Of a stretch of DNA of 64,000 nt, positions 38,800 to 48,602 are shown piece after piece. Source of the DNA: Myxococcota bacterium (GTDB taxonomy: Bacteria > Myxococcota_A > UBA9160 > UBA6930). A program made the translations under genes and the position numbers. Within the stretch, counting starts at the first letter, position 1; every line of letters begins with the position of its first letter. Where the stretch lies: the NCBI GenBank assembly GCA_965223415.1, contig OZ245002.1:2208001-2272000 (forward strand). Reading direction: 5' to 3'. The notes below the pieces were generated by a model. The model was not told where the DNA came from. It worked only from the letters and a program-made list of their open reading frames with translations, and ran no database searches.

Positions 38800-40653
38800 G
38801 TGCGCATCCTCCTCCTCGTTGCCGGGCTCCTCGTTGCGGGCTGCGCCACGCCCGTTGGCGTGCAGAGAGCTGATCCCCACGACCTCCGCCTGGAGCTGGC
38901 GCGCAGCATCCTCACCGGCGACGAGCCCAGCTCGCGCAGTCGGCAGCTCCTGGACCGGCTGGCGCTGGAGGACACCTGGGACGATGCGCCGGCGGACGCG
39001 CTCGAGGCGATCCGCTCGGGGCTTGGCGGCCCGGACGAGCCGGAGCGCCTGCTCGGACTGGCGGAGCTCTCGTTTGCCCTCGCCGATCGCAGCCGGGACT
39101 CCCTCTGGTACCGGGCGGCCGCCCTCGCCGCCTACGCCTACCTGTTTCCGGAGGAGGGTCACGCCCCGCCGAACGCCTTCGATCCCGGCCTGCGGTTGGC
39201 CGCCGAGCTCCACAACCGGGGGCTGGCGCTGGGCCTCTCGAGCCAGGCGCGCGCCGATCTCTCGGTGGTGGAGAGCCGCTGGGCGCTTCCCTACGGCGCG
39301 ATCACCCTCACGTACGATCGCAGCCAGCTCGGCTGGTCCGGCTACGTGGTGACCGGCGCCGTGCCGAGCTCGGAGCTCCGGGTGCGCGGGCTTCGCAATC
39401 GCTACCGCCGGGTCGGCATCGGTGCGCCGCTCTCGGCCACCGTCGAACGGGTGGAAGGCGACGCCGCCGGCCATCGCATCGGACGTCAGGCGAAGGTTCC
39501 CGTCACGGCGCTGCTGCGCTTCGTCCGCCCCCGCGAAGCCGTGCGCACGGGCGAGGCCGAAGGCGCACTCGAGGTCTACGTGATGGACCGGGAGAAGGAG
39601 GTGGAGATCGCCGGGCGTACGGTGCCGCTCGAGTACGAGCCCACCGCCGCGCTGGCCTTCGGCCTCCAGAACCCGGAGCTGTGGAGCTTCGAGCTGGGAG
39701 GCTTCTTCAGCGGCGACCTGAACCCCTTCGCGGAGCTGGAGGACGGCCTCGTCCTGCTGCATCCCTACCGCCCCGGCCGCGTGCCCGTGGTGCTCGTCCA
39801 CGGCACCGCGTCCACGCCGGGACGCTGGGCCGAGCTCGTGAACGAGCTGCTGGGCGATCCCACCCTTGCCGACCGCATCCAGATCTGGCTCTTCCTCTAC
39901 AACACGGGCAGCCCGATCCTCTACTCGGGCAGCCAGCTTCGCGAGGCGCTGCGCGACACGATCGCCGGCCTCGATCCGGCGGGTCGCGACCCGGCCTTGC
40001 AGCAGACCGTCGTCGTGGGCCACAGCCAGGGCGGGCTGCTGAGCAAGCTCCTCGTGGTGAGCTCGGGCGACGCGTTCTGGAGGAACTTCGCCGACCGGAA
40101 GCCCGAGGCCCTCGACCTCGATCGCGACACCCGCGAGCTCTTCTCCCGCACGTTCTTCTTCGAGCCTCTACCCTTCGTGCGCCGTGTCGTGTACGTGGCG
40201 ACACCCCATGCCGGCAGCTTCCGGGCGCGCACGTGGATCGCGGGCTGGATCAGCAGCCTGATTACGCTGCCCCTTGATCTCACCCTGCGCACCGCCGAGG
40301 TGCTCACCCGCAATGACGACTTCCGGCTCCGCAACCGTCTCGATCGCATGACCACGAGCATCGACAACATGCGGCCCGGAAACCGCTTTCTCCGGGCCCT
40401 CGCCTCCCTACGGGAGCGGGACGGAGTGCGTACGCACTCGATCATCGCCATCGACGGCGAGGGCCCGCCCGCCGGCCAGAACGACGGCGTCGTCACCTAC
40501 GAGAGCGCCCACAAGCCCGACGCGGCCTCCGAGCGGATCGTCCGATCCGGCCACTCGGTGCAGGGGCATCCCCATGCGATCGAAGAGGTGAAGCGCATCC
40601 TGTACGAGAACCTGGGCGAGCTCGACGCGGGGCTCGCGGAGGCGGGGCCGTGA
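38800..40653 (+). CDS. Alpha/beta-hydrolase (lipase/esterase-like) lipoprotein
   Basis: Lipobox VAGC; PVVLVHG, GHSQGG, ATPHAGS, NDGVV, GHS. Confidence 0.88.
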   Translation: MRILLLVAGLLVAGCATPVGVQRADPHDLRLELARSILTGDEPSSRSRQLLDRLALEDTWDDAPADALEAIRSGLGGPDEPERLLGLAELSFALADRSRDSLWYRAAALAAYAYLFPEEGHAPPNAFDPGLRLAAELHNRGLALGLSSQARADLSVVESRWALPYGAITLTYDRSQLGWSGYVVTGAVPSSELRVRGLRNRYRRVGIGAPLSATVERVEGDAAGHRIGRQAKVPVTALLRFVRPREAVRTGEAEGALEVYVMDREKEVEIAGRTVPLEYEPTAALAFGLQNPELWSFELGGFFSGDLNPFAELEDGLVLLHPYRPGRVPVVLVHGTASTPGRWAELVNELLGDPTLADRIQIWLFLYNTGSPILYSGSQLREALRDTIAGLDPAGRDPALQQTVVVGHSQGGLLSKLLVVSSGDAFWRNFADRKPEALDLDRDTRELFSRTFFFEPLPFVRRVVYVATPHAGSFRARTWIAGWISSLITLPLDLTLRTAEVLTRNDDFRLRNRLDRMTTSIDNMRPGNRFLRALASLRERDGVRTHSIIAIDGEGPPAGQNDGVVTYESAHKPDAASERIVRSGHSVQGHPHAIEEVKRILYENLGELDAGLAEAGP

Positions 40654-41132
40654 GGAAGGGGCTGCTGGTCGCGGGGCTCGCCACGTTCGCAGCGGCGGCC
40701 GCGCAGGCCCGGGAGCCGGCGCCCCGCGATCTTCACGCCGCGGAGATCAACGAGCGCGCCCGCGCCGGCATCGAAGCGAGCGTGCGCGACAACACGCGAG
40801 CGATCGACGACGGTGTGATCCGCCGCATCGGCAACCCGAACGTCCTGCCGGGAATCCGCCACGAGCGCAGGCTGGAGGAGGACCTGGCAGCGATGCGCCG
40901 CACGGAGCGCTGGCGGCGCATCGAGCTCGAGGCCGCGGGCCTCGGCCCGACGACGCGACGCGTGCTCGAGGAGAGCCGCATCGAGCTGTGGGTGCGCGAG
41001 CGGAAGCGCGGCGTCGAGGTCGGGCTGGACGCCCTGGAAGAGGGAGCCGGGGGCGAAGGCTCCGATCGACCGGCGCTGGAGGATTTCCTGCCTCGCGTGC
41101 CCGGCGTGGCCGCGCCGACACCGCACCGCTAG
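40650..41132 (+). CDS. Hypothetical secreted protein
   Basis: Signal-peptide-like N-terminus (AQA); GTGA overlap with the hydrolase. Confidence 0.55.
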   Translation: MRKGLLVAGLATFAAAAAQAREPAPRDLHAAEINERARAGIEASVRDNTRAIDDGVIRRIGNPNVLPGIRHERRLEEDLAAMRRTERWRRIELEAAGLGPTTRRVLEESRIELWVRERKRGVEVGLDALEEGAGGEGSDRPALEDFLPRVPGVAAPTPHR

Positions 41133-41181
41133 CCACGCAGCACCGCGGCCTATACTCCCGCCCCCGCCAAGAGAGGAAGCC

Positions 41182-42258
41182 ATGCCCAACTCCCGCGCGC
41201 TGCGGCTCGCCTTCGCATTGACTCTCGCGATCGCCTGCAAGGAAGCGGAGGCTCCCGAGCCCGAGATCGTTCGCCCGATCAAGATCCTCGAGATCGGCGA
41301 CACCGGCGGCAGCGGACGACGCGAGTTCCCCGGCACCATCTCGGCGGCGACGAGCGCCGAGCTGGCGTTCGAGGTGCCCGGGAAGCTCACCGAATTCCCC
41401 ATCCACGAAGGCGAGGAGGTGGAGGCGGGCAGCGTGCTGGCGCGGATCGATCCGCGCGATTACGAGAATCGCCTGGCCAAGGCGCGGGCCCAGCGAAACG
41501 ACGCGCGCACCGAGTTCGAGCGCGCGAAGAAGCTCTTCGAGCAGGGCGTCTCGGCGGAGGCCGAGAGGGATCGCCGGCAGCGCACCCTGGAGGTGGCCGA
41601 GGCCGATCTCGACGAGGCGCGGAAGGCGGTCGAGGACACGATCCTGCGGGCTCCCTTCGCCGGGACGGTGGCGAGGAAGCTGGTCCATGACTTCGAGAAC
41701 GTCCAGGCCAAGCAGCCCGTCGTGCTGCTGGAGGACGACACGAGCCTGGAGATCGTGGTCGACATCCCCGAACGGGACATCGCCCAGGGCGGGAACCCGC
41801 GCGCCGACGATGCCGAGCTCAGCCGCCTGCTGGGGCCCGAGGTCTCGCTCACCGCGCTCCCGGATCGGCGCTTCCCGGCCCGGGTGAAGGAGTTCTCCAC
41901 GGCCGCCGATCCGGACACGCGCACCTTCCGCGGCACCCTGGCGTTCGACCCGCCGAGCGACACGCGCGTTCTCCCCGGGATGACGGCGAAGGTCTCGATC
42001 CGCCCGCCGCGGTCCTTCGCTCCGGACGCAGCGCTCGAGGTGCCGGCTCGCGCCGTCCGTGCCGACGACGCGGGCGCCTCCTTCGTGTGGATCGTCGATC
42101 CGAGCACGATGGTCGTCTCCCCCCGCAGCGTCTCCCTGGGCGCGCTCGTCGAGGATCGGGTCCAGGTGATCTCGGGCCTCCGCTCGGGCGACTGGCTGGC
42201 CGTCTCCGGCGTCCATCAGCTCCGCGAGGGGATGCAGGTCTCCCGGATGGGCGACTGA
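41182..42258 (+). CDS. RND efflux periplasmic adaptor (MFP) lipoprotein
   Basis: Lipobox AIAC; LAFEVPG, LARID, LRAPFAG.V, LPGMTA, SGLRSGD. Confidence 0.93.
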   Translation: MPNSRALRLAFALTLAIACKEAEAPEPEIVRPIKILEIGDTGGSGRREFPGTISAATSAELAFEVPGKLTEFPIHEGEEVEAGSVLARIDPRDYENRLAKARAQRNDARTEFERAKKLFEQGVSAEAERDRRQRTLEVAEADLDEARKAVEDTILRAPFAGTVARKLVHDFENVQAKQPVVLLEDDTSLEIVVDIPERDIAQGGNPRADDAELSRLLGPEVSLTALPDRRFPARVKEFSTAADPDTRTFRGTLAFDPPSDTRVLPGMTAKVSIRPPRSFAPDAALEVPARAVRADDAGASFVWIVDPSTMVVSPRSVSLGALVEDRVQVISGLRSGDWLAVSGVHQLREGMQVSRMGD

Positions 42259-42262
42259 CGTC

Positions 42263-45200
42263 ATGAACGCCGCCGATTTCGCACTGCGCAACCGGACCGT
42301 CATCCTGGTGCTCACCGCCGTGATGTTCATCGGGGGTTTCCTCGCGTTCCAGAACCTCTCGCGCCTGGAAGACCCGGAGTTCACGATCAAGGACGCCCTG
42401 GTCGTCACGCCCTACCCGGGCGCCTCTGCCTACGAGGTGGAGGAGGAGGTGAGCGACGAGATCGAGCTGGCCGCCCAGCAGCTCGGCCAGCGGAAACGGG
42501 TGAAGTCGAGGAGCGACCGGGGCCTCTCCACGGTCACCGTCACCATCCAGGACAGCTACGCTAAGGACGAGCTGCCCCAGGTGTGGGACGAGCTTCGGCG
42601 CAAGGTCTCCGACGCCCAGTCGAAGCTGCCTCCCGGCACCGGGCCTTCCCTGGTGGTCGACGACTTCGGCGACGTCTACGGGGTCTTCGTCGCGGTCTAC
42701 GGTGCCGAGTACAGCTACGCCGAGCTCAAGAAGTTCGTCGACCTGCTCCGCCGGGAGCTGCTGCTGGTGCCCGAGGTCGCGAAGATCGAGCTGTGGGGCG
42801 AGCGCACCGAGGCGATCTACGTCGAGCCCTCCCGGGAGCGCATGGCCCAGCTCAACGTCTCGATCGAGGCGCTCACGAACGAGCTCCGCACCCGCAACCT
42901 CGTGGTCGACGCGGGGCGGGTGAAGGTCGGGCCCGAGTCCATCGCCATCCACCCGACCGGTCTCTTCGACTCGGTCGAGGATTTCGAGAACCTCCGCCTC
43001 CGCGGCGGCAGCGGCACGCAGATTCGCCTGCGCGATATCGCTTCCGTGCGCCGCGGCTACGTGGAGCCGCAGACCAAGGTGCTGCGCTACGACGGGAGCG
43101 TCGCGATCGGTCTCGGAATCTCCACCGTCTCCGGCGGCAACGTCGTGCGCATGGGCGAGCGGGTCGAGGCCCGCGCCCTCGAGCTGCGGAACCAGTGGCC
43201 CCTCGGCATCGAGGTGGGCCTCGTCTCGCTCCAGTCCGAAGCCGTCGTGAAGGCGATCCGGGGCTTCACGACGAGTCTGGTGCAGGCGGTCGCGATCGTG
43301 GTCGCCGTGCTGCTCGTCTTCATGGGGCTGCGCAGCGGCCTGCTGATCGGCTTCGTCCTCGTGCTCACGATCGCCGGGACGTTCATCTTCCTCGGCCCGA
43401 TGGGGGTGGCCCTCGAGCGCATCTCGCTGGGCGCGCTGATCATCGCCCTCGGCATGCTGGTCGACAACGCGATCGTGGTGGTCGACGGCATGCTCGTGCG
43501 CATGCAGGAGGGCCGGGCGCCCGAGGACGCCGCCCGGGAGGTGGTGGGGCAGACGGCGCTCCCGCTCCTCGGGGCGACGCTGGTGGCGATCCTCGCCTTC
43601 GCCGCGATCGGGACCTCCGACGACAGCACCGGCGAGTACTGCCGTTCCCTCTTCCAGGTCGTGCTGGTCTCGCTCGGGCTGAGCTGGGTCACGGCGGTCA
43701 CGGTCGCCCCCGTGCTCGGCGTGCTCTTCCTCGAGGTGCCGGCGGGCGATGCCGGGGCGCCCCACGGCGGCCGCTTCTACGCGGGCTACCGGGCGTTCCT
43801 CGCGGGGTGCATTCGCCGCCGCTGGGCGACGGTGGTGGCGGTGGCGATCGCCTTCGGCGTCTCGCTCTGGGGCTTCGGCTTCGTGGATCGGAGCTTCTTC
43901 CCGGATTCGACCCGGCCCCAGTTCATGGTGGACGTGCGGCTGCCCCAGCGTACCCACATCGACGACACCGCGCGGACCGCAGAGGAGGTGGAGCGGTACC
44001 TGCTGGGTCTCGACGAGGTCACCCACGTCACGTCGCTCGTGGGCGCGGGCGGCCTGCGCTTCCTCCTCACCTACGCCCCGGAGAAGACGAGCTCCGCCTA
44101 TGCGCAGTTCCTCGTGGACGTCGCCCCCGAGGACTACACCGCCATTCCGGCATTGATCGACCGCGCCGAGAGGGAGCTTGCGGCGGCGCACGCGGACGCC
44201 CTGATCAGCGGCAGGCAGTTCCTGCTCGGCCCGGGCGACGGCGGGAAGATCCAGCTCCGCATCAGCGGCCCGGATGCGAACGCGCTGCGTCGCCTCGAGA
44301 GCGAGGCGGCGGCGATCCTCGCGGCGGACCCGGATGCGAAGGGCATCCGCTCCGATTGGGGAGAGCGCGTCAAGGTGCTCCAGGCGCTGGTGGCCGACGA
44401 GGAGGCTGGGCGGGCCGGCATCACCCGCAGCGACGTCGCCGATGCGGTGCGGGCGGGCTTCGACGGCCTCCAGGTCGGCGTCTACCGCGAGGGCGACGAT
44501 CTCCTGCCGGTCCTGTTCCGCGCGCCGGCCGCCGAGCGCGGAGACGTCGGGAGCATCAACGACCGTCAGATCTGGAGCCCCGCGGCCGGACGATCGATCC
44601 CGCTCCGCCAGGTCGTCTCGGGCTTCGAGACCGTCTTCGAGGACGACGTCGTCCAACGCCGAAACCGCAAGCGCACGCTCACCCTCCACGCGGATCCGGT
44701 CCGAGGGCCCGCCAGCACCCTGCTCTCCCGGGTGCGCCCGAAGATCGAGGCCCTGGCGCTCCCGCCCGGCTACGCGCTCGAGTGGGGCGGCGAGGCCGAG
44801 AACTCCGGCGACGCCCAGGCGGCCCTCGCCGGCTCCATCCCCGCTTTCGTTCTGGTGATGTTCCTCGTCGTCGTCGCGCTCTTCAACGCCCTGCGCCAGC
44901 CGATCGTGATCTTCCTCAGCGTTCCCCTCGCGATCATCGGGGTGTCCGCCGGCCTGCTGGTGACGCGCCAGCCCTTCGGCTTCATGGCCCTGCTCGGCTT
45001 CCTCTCGCTCTCGGGCATGCTGATCAAGAACGCCATCGTGCTGATCGACGAGATCGAGGCGCAGAAGGGAAAGGGTGGGCCCCCGCTCCGGGCGATCCTC
45101 GATTCGGGCGTGAGCCGCCTGCGCCCCGTGGCGATGGCCGCCGTGACGACGGCGCTCGGCATGATCCCGCTCCTGCCGGACGCCTTCTTCGTGGCGATGG

Positions 45201-45298
45201 CCGTGACGATCATCGCCGGCCTGATGGTGGCCACGCTGCTGACGATGATCTTCGTCCCGGTGCTCTACGCGATCTTCTTCGGCGTCGAGGCCGACTGA
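42263..45298 (+). CDS. RND efflux permease (AcrB/AcrD/AcrF family)
   Basis: EDPEFTIK, LGMLVDNAIVV, GMLIKNAIVL, RLRPVAM; 1011 aa. Confidence 0.95.
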   Translation: MNAADFALRNRTVILVLTAVMFIGGFLAFQNLSRLEDPEFTIKDALVVTPYPGASAYEVEEEVSDEIELAAQQLGQRKRVKSRSDRGLSTVTVTIQDSYAKDELPQVWDELRRKVSDAQSKLPPGTGPSLVVDDFGDVYGVFVAVYGAEYSYAELKKFVDLLRRELLLVPEVAKIELWGERTEAIYVEPSRERMAQLNVSIEALTNELRTRNLVVDAGRVKVGPESIAIHPTGLFDSVEDFENLRLRGGSGTQIRLRDIASVRRGYVEPQTKVLRYDGSVAIGLGISTVSGGNVVRMGERVEARALELRNQWPLGIEVGLVSLQSEAVVKAIRGFTTSLVQAVAIVVAVLLVFMGLRSGLLIGFVLVLTIAGTFIFLGPMGVALERISLGALIIALGMLVDNAIVVVDGMLVRMQEGRAPEDAAREVVGQTALPLLGATLVAILAFAAIGTSDDSTGEYCRSLFQVVLVSLGLSWVTAVTVAPVLGVLFLEVPAGDAGAPHGGRFYAGYRAFLAGCIRRRWATVVAVAIAFGVSLWGFGFVDRSFFPDSTRPQFMVDVRLPQRTHIDDTARTAEEVERYLLGLDEVTHVTSLVGAGGLRFLLTYAPEKTSSAYAQFLVDVAPEDYTAIPALIDRAERELAAAHADALISGRQFLLGPGDGGKIQLRISGPDANALRRLESEAAAILAADPDAKGIRSDWGERVKVLQALVADEEAGRAGITRSDVADAVRAGFDGLQVGVYREGDDLLPVLFRAPAAERGDVGSINDRQIWSPAAGRSIPLRQVVSGFETVFEDDVVQRRNRKRTLTLHADPVRGPASTLLSRVRPKIEALALPPGYALEWGGEAENSGDAQAALAGSIPAFVLVMFLVVVALFNALRQPIVIFLSVPLAIIGVSAGLLVTRQPFGFMALLGFLSLSGMLIKNAIVLIDEIEAQKGKGGPPLRAILDSGVSRLRPVAMAAVTTALGMIPLLPDAFFVAMAVTIIAGLMVATLLTMIFVPVLYAIFFGVEAD

Positions 45299-45301
45299 CG
45301 C

Positions 45302-46636
45302 CTACGCCTCCCGCTCCGCCGCGGCGTAGAGGGAGAGGAGCCGCGCCAGCAGCACCGCCGGGTAGAAGATGCCGATCAGCGCGCCCAGGGAGGCCAGGCT
45401 CTCGGCCGCCGGGATGGCCGGCCGCACGTCGCCGAAGCCCGTGGTCGTGAGCGTCATGAAGGCGAAGTAGACGAAGCGGGTTTCTTCGATCGGCGCGCCG
45501 GCGGGGAACGCGACGGCCCCCGGGCGAAGCGCCTCCATCAAGTGGAACGCGGCGGCCAGGCAGAAGCCCAGGAGGAGGTAGGCGGCCAGGGCCGCGCACA
45601 GCACCTGGCGCGTCACGTTGCGCTCGCGGGCCAGCCAGCGCAGCAGCATCCCGGTGGTGAGCAGGAAGAACCCGGTGCGGGCGACGAGCCCGCCCTGCTC
45701 GACCCAGCCCCCCGGCCCGAGCGCCCCGACCAGCGCCGCACCTCCCAGCCCAAAGGCGAGCCCGGCCGGCCAGCCGCGCACGCCGACGGCGGTGAGCGCG
45801 CCGAGCAGCTGGGCCACGAGCAGCAGCCCGAACCCCAGCCTGCCGAGGGGGCTCGCCAGCACCCACGGCCCGGCCAGGAGCGTGGCCACGAGCAGCCAGG
45901 CGAGCGCCTCGTAGCGTCGGCCGCTCCATCCGCCGCTCCCCGCCGCGCGGGCCGCGGGCCCGCGGGCGCCGCGCGCGGCCAGCCCGATGAGCCACGCCAC
46001 CACCACCGCCGGGTACAGGATGCCGATCACGGATTCGAGCGAGACGAGCGCCCGGGCGCCGGACTGGAGGGGCACGACGTCCCCGAACCCCAGCGTCGTG
46101 AGCGTGACGAGGCTGAAGTAGAGGAGCCTCCCGAAGCTGCGCCCACCGCTCGCCTCTCCGAGGGCGAACGTGCCCGGCTGTGCCGCCTCGAGGCCGGCGT
46201 ACACCGCCGCGAAGACCACCGCCGCCAGCAGGTAGGTGCAGATCGAGCCGACCACGACGTCCTCGTCCACCCGCTCGGCGCGGGCGACGCCACGCGCCAC
46301 TGCCCAGGTGGCGACGCCGAGCAGCGGCAGGTGATACCAGGAGCCCGCCGCCGCAGCCCAGCGCTCGCCCATCCCGAAGAGCCCCACCAGGACCGGCGCC
46401 ACCAGCAGCGCCGCCAGCGGCCAGCGCAGGCGCCACGGATCGATCGCCCACACCAGCGCCGCCACGAAGCCCATACCCAGGGGCCCCATCACGGCATCCT
46501 CGAAGGCCGTGCCGCCCACCGCCGCGTGCCCCACCAGCAGGGCCACCAGCGAGAGGCCGAGCAGCCGGAACCGCCACGCCGCCAGGCGGGAAGGCGCGGA
46601 GTGGCCCTGAGGCGCCGCTAGTCGTCCAGCTTCCAC
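45302..46636 (-). CDS. Potassium-channel-family protein with two tandem pore domains
   Basis: YFSLVTLTTLGFGDV (about 46075-46120) and YFAFMTLTTTGFGDV (about 45425-45470). Start uncertain. Confidence 0.8.
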   Translation of the reverse strand: MEAGRLAAPQGHSAPSRLAAWRFRLLGLSLVALLVGHAAVGGTAFEDAVMGPLGMGFVAALVWAIDPWRLRWPLAALLVAPVLVGLFGMGERWAAAAGSWYHLPLLGVATWAVARGVARAERVDEDVVVGSICTYLLAAVVFAAVYAGLEAAQPGTFALGEASGGRSFGRLLYFSLVTLTTLGFGDVVPLQSGARALVSLESVIGILYPAVVVAWLIGLAARGARGPAARAAGSGGWSGRRYEALAWLLVATLLAGPWVLASPLGRLGFGLLLVAQLLGALTAVGVRGWPAGLAFGLGGAALVGALGPGGWVEQGGLVARTGFFLLTTGMLLRWLARERNVTRQVLCAALAAYLLLGFCLAAAFHLMEALRPGAVAFPAGAPIEETRFVYFAFMTLTTTGFGDVRPAIPAAESLASLGALIGIFYPAVLLARLLSLYAAAEREA

Positions 46637-46854
46637 TTCAGCTGGAACTCGATCTCTTCCTCGCCCGCGCCGCGCTCGTGCTCGATGTTGATGGTGGCGT
46701 CGGACGGCACCGAGACGCGCACCCCCGCCACCTGGATGCGGAAGCGCGAGCCGTTCTCGATGCAATCCGCGAGCCTCCGCAGCTTGGCCACGAGTTGTTT
46801 CGGGGGGTAGTCCTTCTCGACGTCGCGGCGGGCTCGCCGGCGGCGCTGGGCCAT
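46618..46854 (-). CDS. Amphi-Trp domain-like small protein
   Basis: RBS GAGGAG; RDVEKDY...KLRRLAD.IE.G..F.IQVAG...IEHER...EIEFQLKW. Confidence 0.8.
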   Translation of the reverse strand: MAQRRRRARRDVEKDYPPKQLVAKLRRLADCIENGSRFRIQVAGVRVSVPSDATINIEHERGAGEEEIEFQLKWKLDD

Positions 46855-46888
46855 GGTCGGTCTCCTCCTCTCGCGGGTTGCCCCGGGT

Positions 46889-47239
46889 TTATCGCCTCTC
46901 CAGCCACGCCGCCGCCCCGCCCGCCAGGGCCACGCCCAAGGCATCGGCCACGAAATCCGCCAGGGAGGGGTAGCGGTTCGGCACGAAGGCCTGGAGCACC
47001 TCGATCGCGCCGCCGTAGAGCACCAGCCCCGCCAGCGCCCAGAAGAAGGCGCGCCGATAGCCGAAGGCCAGGTAGGCGAGGGCGCCGAGCAGGAAGCAGG
47101 CGACGGCGTGCGCCACCAGGTCGTTCACCTGCACGCCATCCGGCATCGTGTGCGCGGGCAGCAGGCCCGCGGCCAGGCCCAGGGCCAGGGCCGCGAGCCA
47201 AAGCACCTGCCAGAGGATGGAGGCCCGCCGGGCGCTCAC
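46889..47239 (-). CDS. VanZ family protein
   Basis: ND..AH, YGGAIEVLQAFVPNR, ADFVADALG. Confidence 0.85.
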   Translation of the reverse strand: MSARRASILWQVLWLAALALGLAAGLLPAHTMPDGVQVNDLVAHAVACFLLGALAYLAFGYRRAFFWALAGLVLYGGAIEVLQAFVPNRYPSLADFVADALGVALAGGAAAWLERR

Positions 47240-47607
47240 TTCTTCTTCGGCCCCTTCTTCTTCCTGGCCTTCGCGCCCTTCTTCGGCTTCGCCCGCTCGG
47301 CCGCGGCGCGCGCCTCGACCACCCAGCCCGCCAGCTCCTCCGCGTCTTCCAGCACCTCCGCCGGCACCTGGAAGTAGGGCATCATCGCCTTGCCCCGGCC
47401 CTTCATCTGCTGCATGCCGCGCTCTTCGAAGGCGCCGCGGTTGCCGTCGTCCACCCGCAGGTAGAAGAGGCCGGCGCCGGTGAGGATCGCGCAGAACACC
47501 TCGTCCACGTAGACGCCCAGCCCGCCGAACATGCGCTTGGCGTGGACGTCGCCGGCCTCTTCGAGCTGGGAGAGGACGTAGGTCTGGAACTCGCTGGGTT
47601 CGGGCAT
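47236..47607 (-). CDS. TfoX/Sxy N-terminal domain protein
   Basis: KRMFGGLGVY, FYLRVD, MPYFQVP; Lys-rich tail. Confidence 0.88.
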   Translation of the reverse strand: MPEPSEFQTYVLSQLEEAGDVHAKRMFGGLGVYVDEVFCAILTGAGLFYLRVDDGNRGAFEERGMQQMKGRGKAMMPYFQVPAEVLEDAEELAGWVVEARAAAERAKPKKGAKARKKKGPKKK

Positions 47608-47761
47608 GTGGGGACCCTATCAAGACCGGCCTGTTCCCCGAGGGGGGATGGCTGCGGCCCGTTTCTTGATGAGGATTTGACGTTTTCCGACGCCCCCCCT
47701 CCATAGAATGATCGGGCTTCCAGCGGCCCGGCCCGCCGCCACACCATTCTGGAGGTTCGCC

Positions 47762-48592
47762 GTGGCCACCCGCTCCCTTTGCGCCCGAGTCGCCGTTCTC
47801 ACTGCGCTCGCGGCTTCCAGCGTGCCCGCCGCCGGCTCCGCTGCGGACGCCACCGCCCCGGCCCCGGGCGTCCTGCTCCAGGGGGCCTTCTCGGCCCGCT
47901 ACGACTGCACCCTCTCCGGCGTCGTCCGCATCGCCGCGCGCAAGGGCGATGCTCGCGCCCTCGAGCGCCGGGTGCACGTCGCCACCAAGCTGATCGACGA
48001 CCGCCTCCACACCTACGCCCAGTTCCGCGCCCCGGAGTACATCCGCGGCATGGCCTTCCTGGGCATCGAGCCGGAAGTGGTGGGCCGCAACGAGCAGCGC
48101 TTCGTCTACCTGCCGAGCATGCGTCGCATCCGCCGGGTGAGCGGCAGCCACTCGAGCGATTCGTTCCTCGGCACCGATCTCAGCTACCACGACTTCGAGC
48201 GGCAGCACGCTCGCAACTACGAGGTGGCACCTCCTGTCGCGGCCAACGCGGACGGCAGCGTCGTCCGCCTGCGCGCCAAGCCGCGCTTCCACACCGAGTA
48301 CGCCGCCGTCGAGTACGACGTGGACCGGCGCGACCACGCCATCCTCGGCACCCGCTACTACAAGCGGGACGGGGACGAGGCGTTCAAGGTGATGGAGATG
48401 CCCCGCGAGACGATCGTGGAGAGGGGCCACTGCCGCATCCCCAGCGTGGTGCGCGTGAGCGATCGCCAGCGGCGCACGACGACCGACCTTCGGATCGAAC
48501 CGCTCTCGATCGACGCGGAGTTCGACGACTCGCTGTTCTCGATGGTGTCACTGGAGAAGTCGAAGGACGTGCCGCTGCCGAGCACGCGTTGA
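47762..48592 (+). CDS. Outer-membrane lipoprotein-sorting (LolA-like) protein
   Basis: RBS GGAGG; signal peptide; F.APEYIRGMAFL, YLPSMRRIRRVSG, SFLGTDLSYHDF, DDSLFS...L. Confidence 0.85.
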   Translation: MATRSLCARVAVLTALAASSVPAAGSAADATAPAPGVLLQGAFSARYDCTLSGVVRIAARKGDARALERRVHVATKLIDDRLHTYAQFRAPEYIRGMAFLGIEPEVVGRNEQRFVYLPSMRRIRRVSGSHSSDSFLGTDLSYHDFERQHARNYEVAPPVAANADGSVVRLRAKPRFHTEYAAVEYDVDRRDHAILGTRYYKRDGDEAFKVMEMPRETIVERGHCRIPSVVRVSDRQRRTTTDLRIEPLSIDAEFDDSLFSMVSLEKSKDVPLPSTR

Positions 48593-48602
48593 CGCCGGCC
48601 CG

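Noticed and set aside
37297..40653. Apparent 1118-aa hydrolase
   Set aside because: The first 500 aa are an off-frame read of the fucosidase; a lipoprotein signal starts at GTG 38800.
46889..47607. VanZ and TfoX as resistance or competence loci
   Set aside because: Both families are common stand-alone genes; no van or com genes are nearby.
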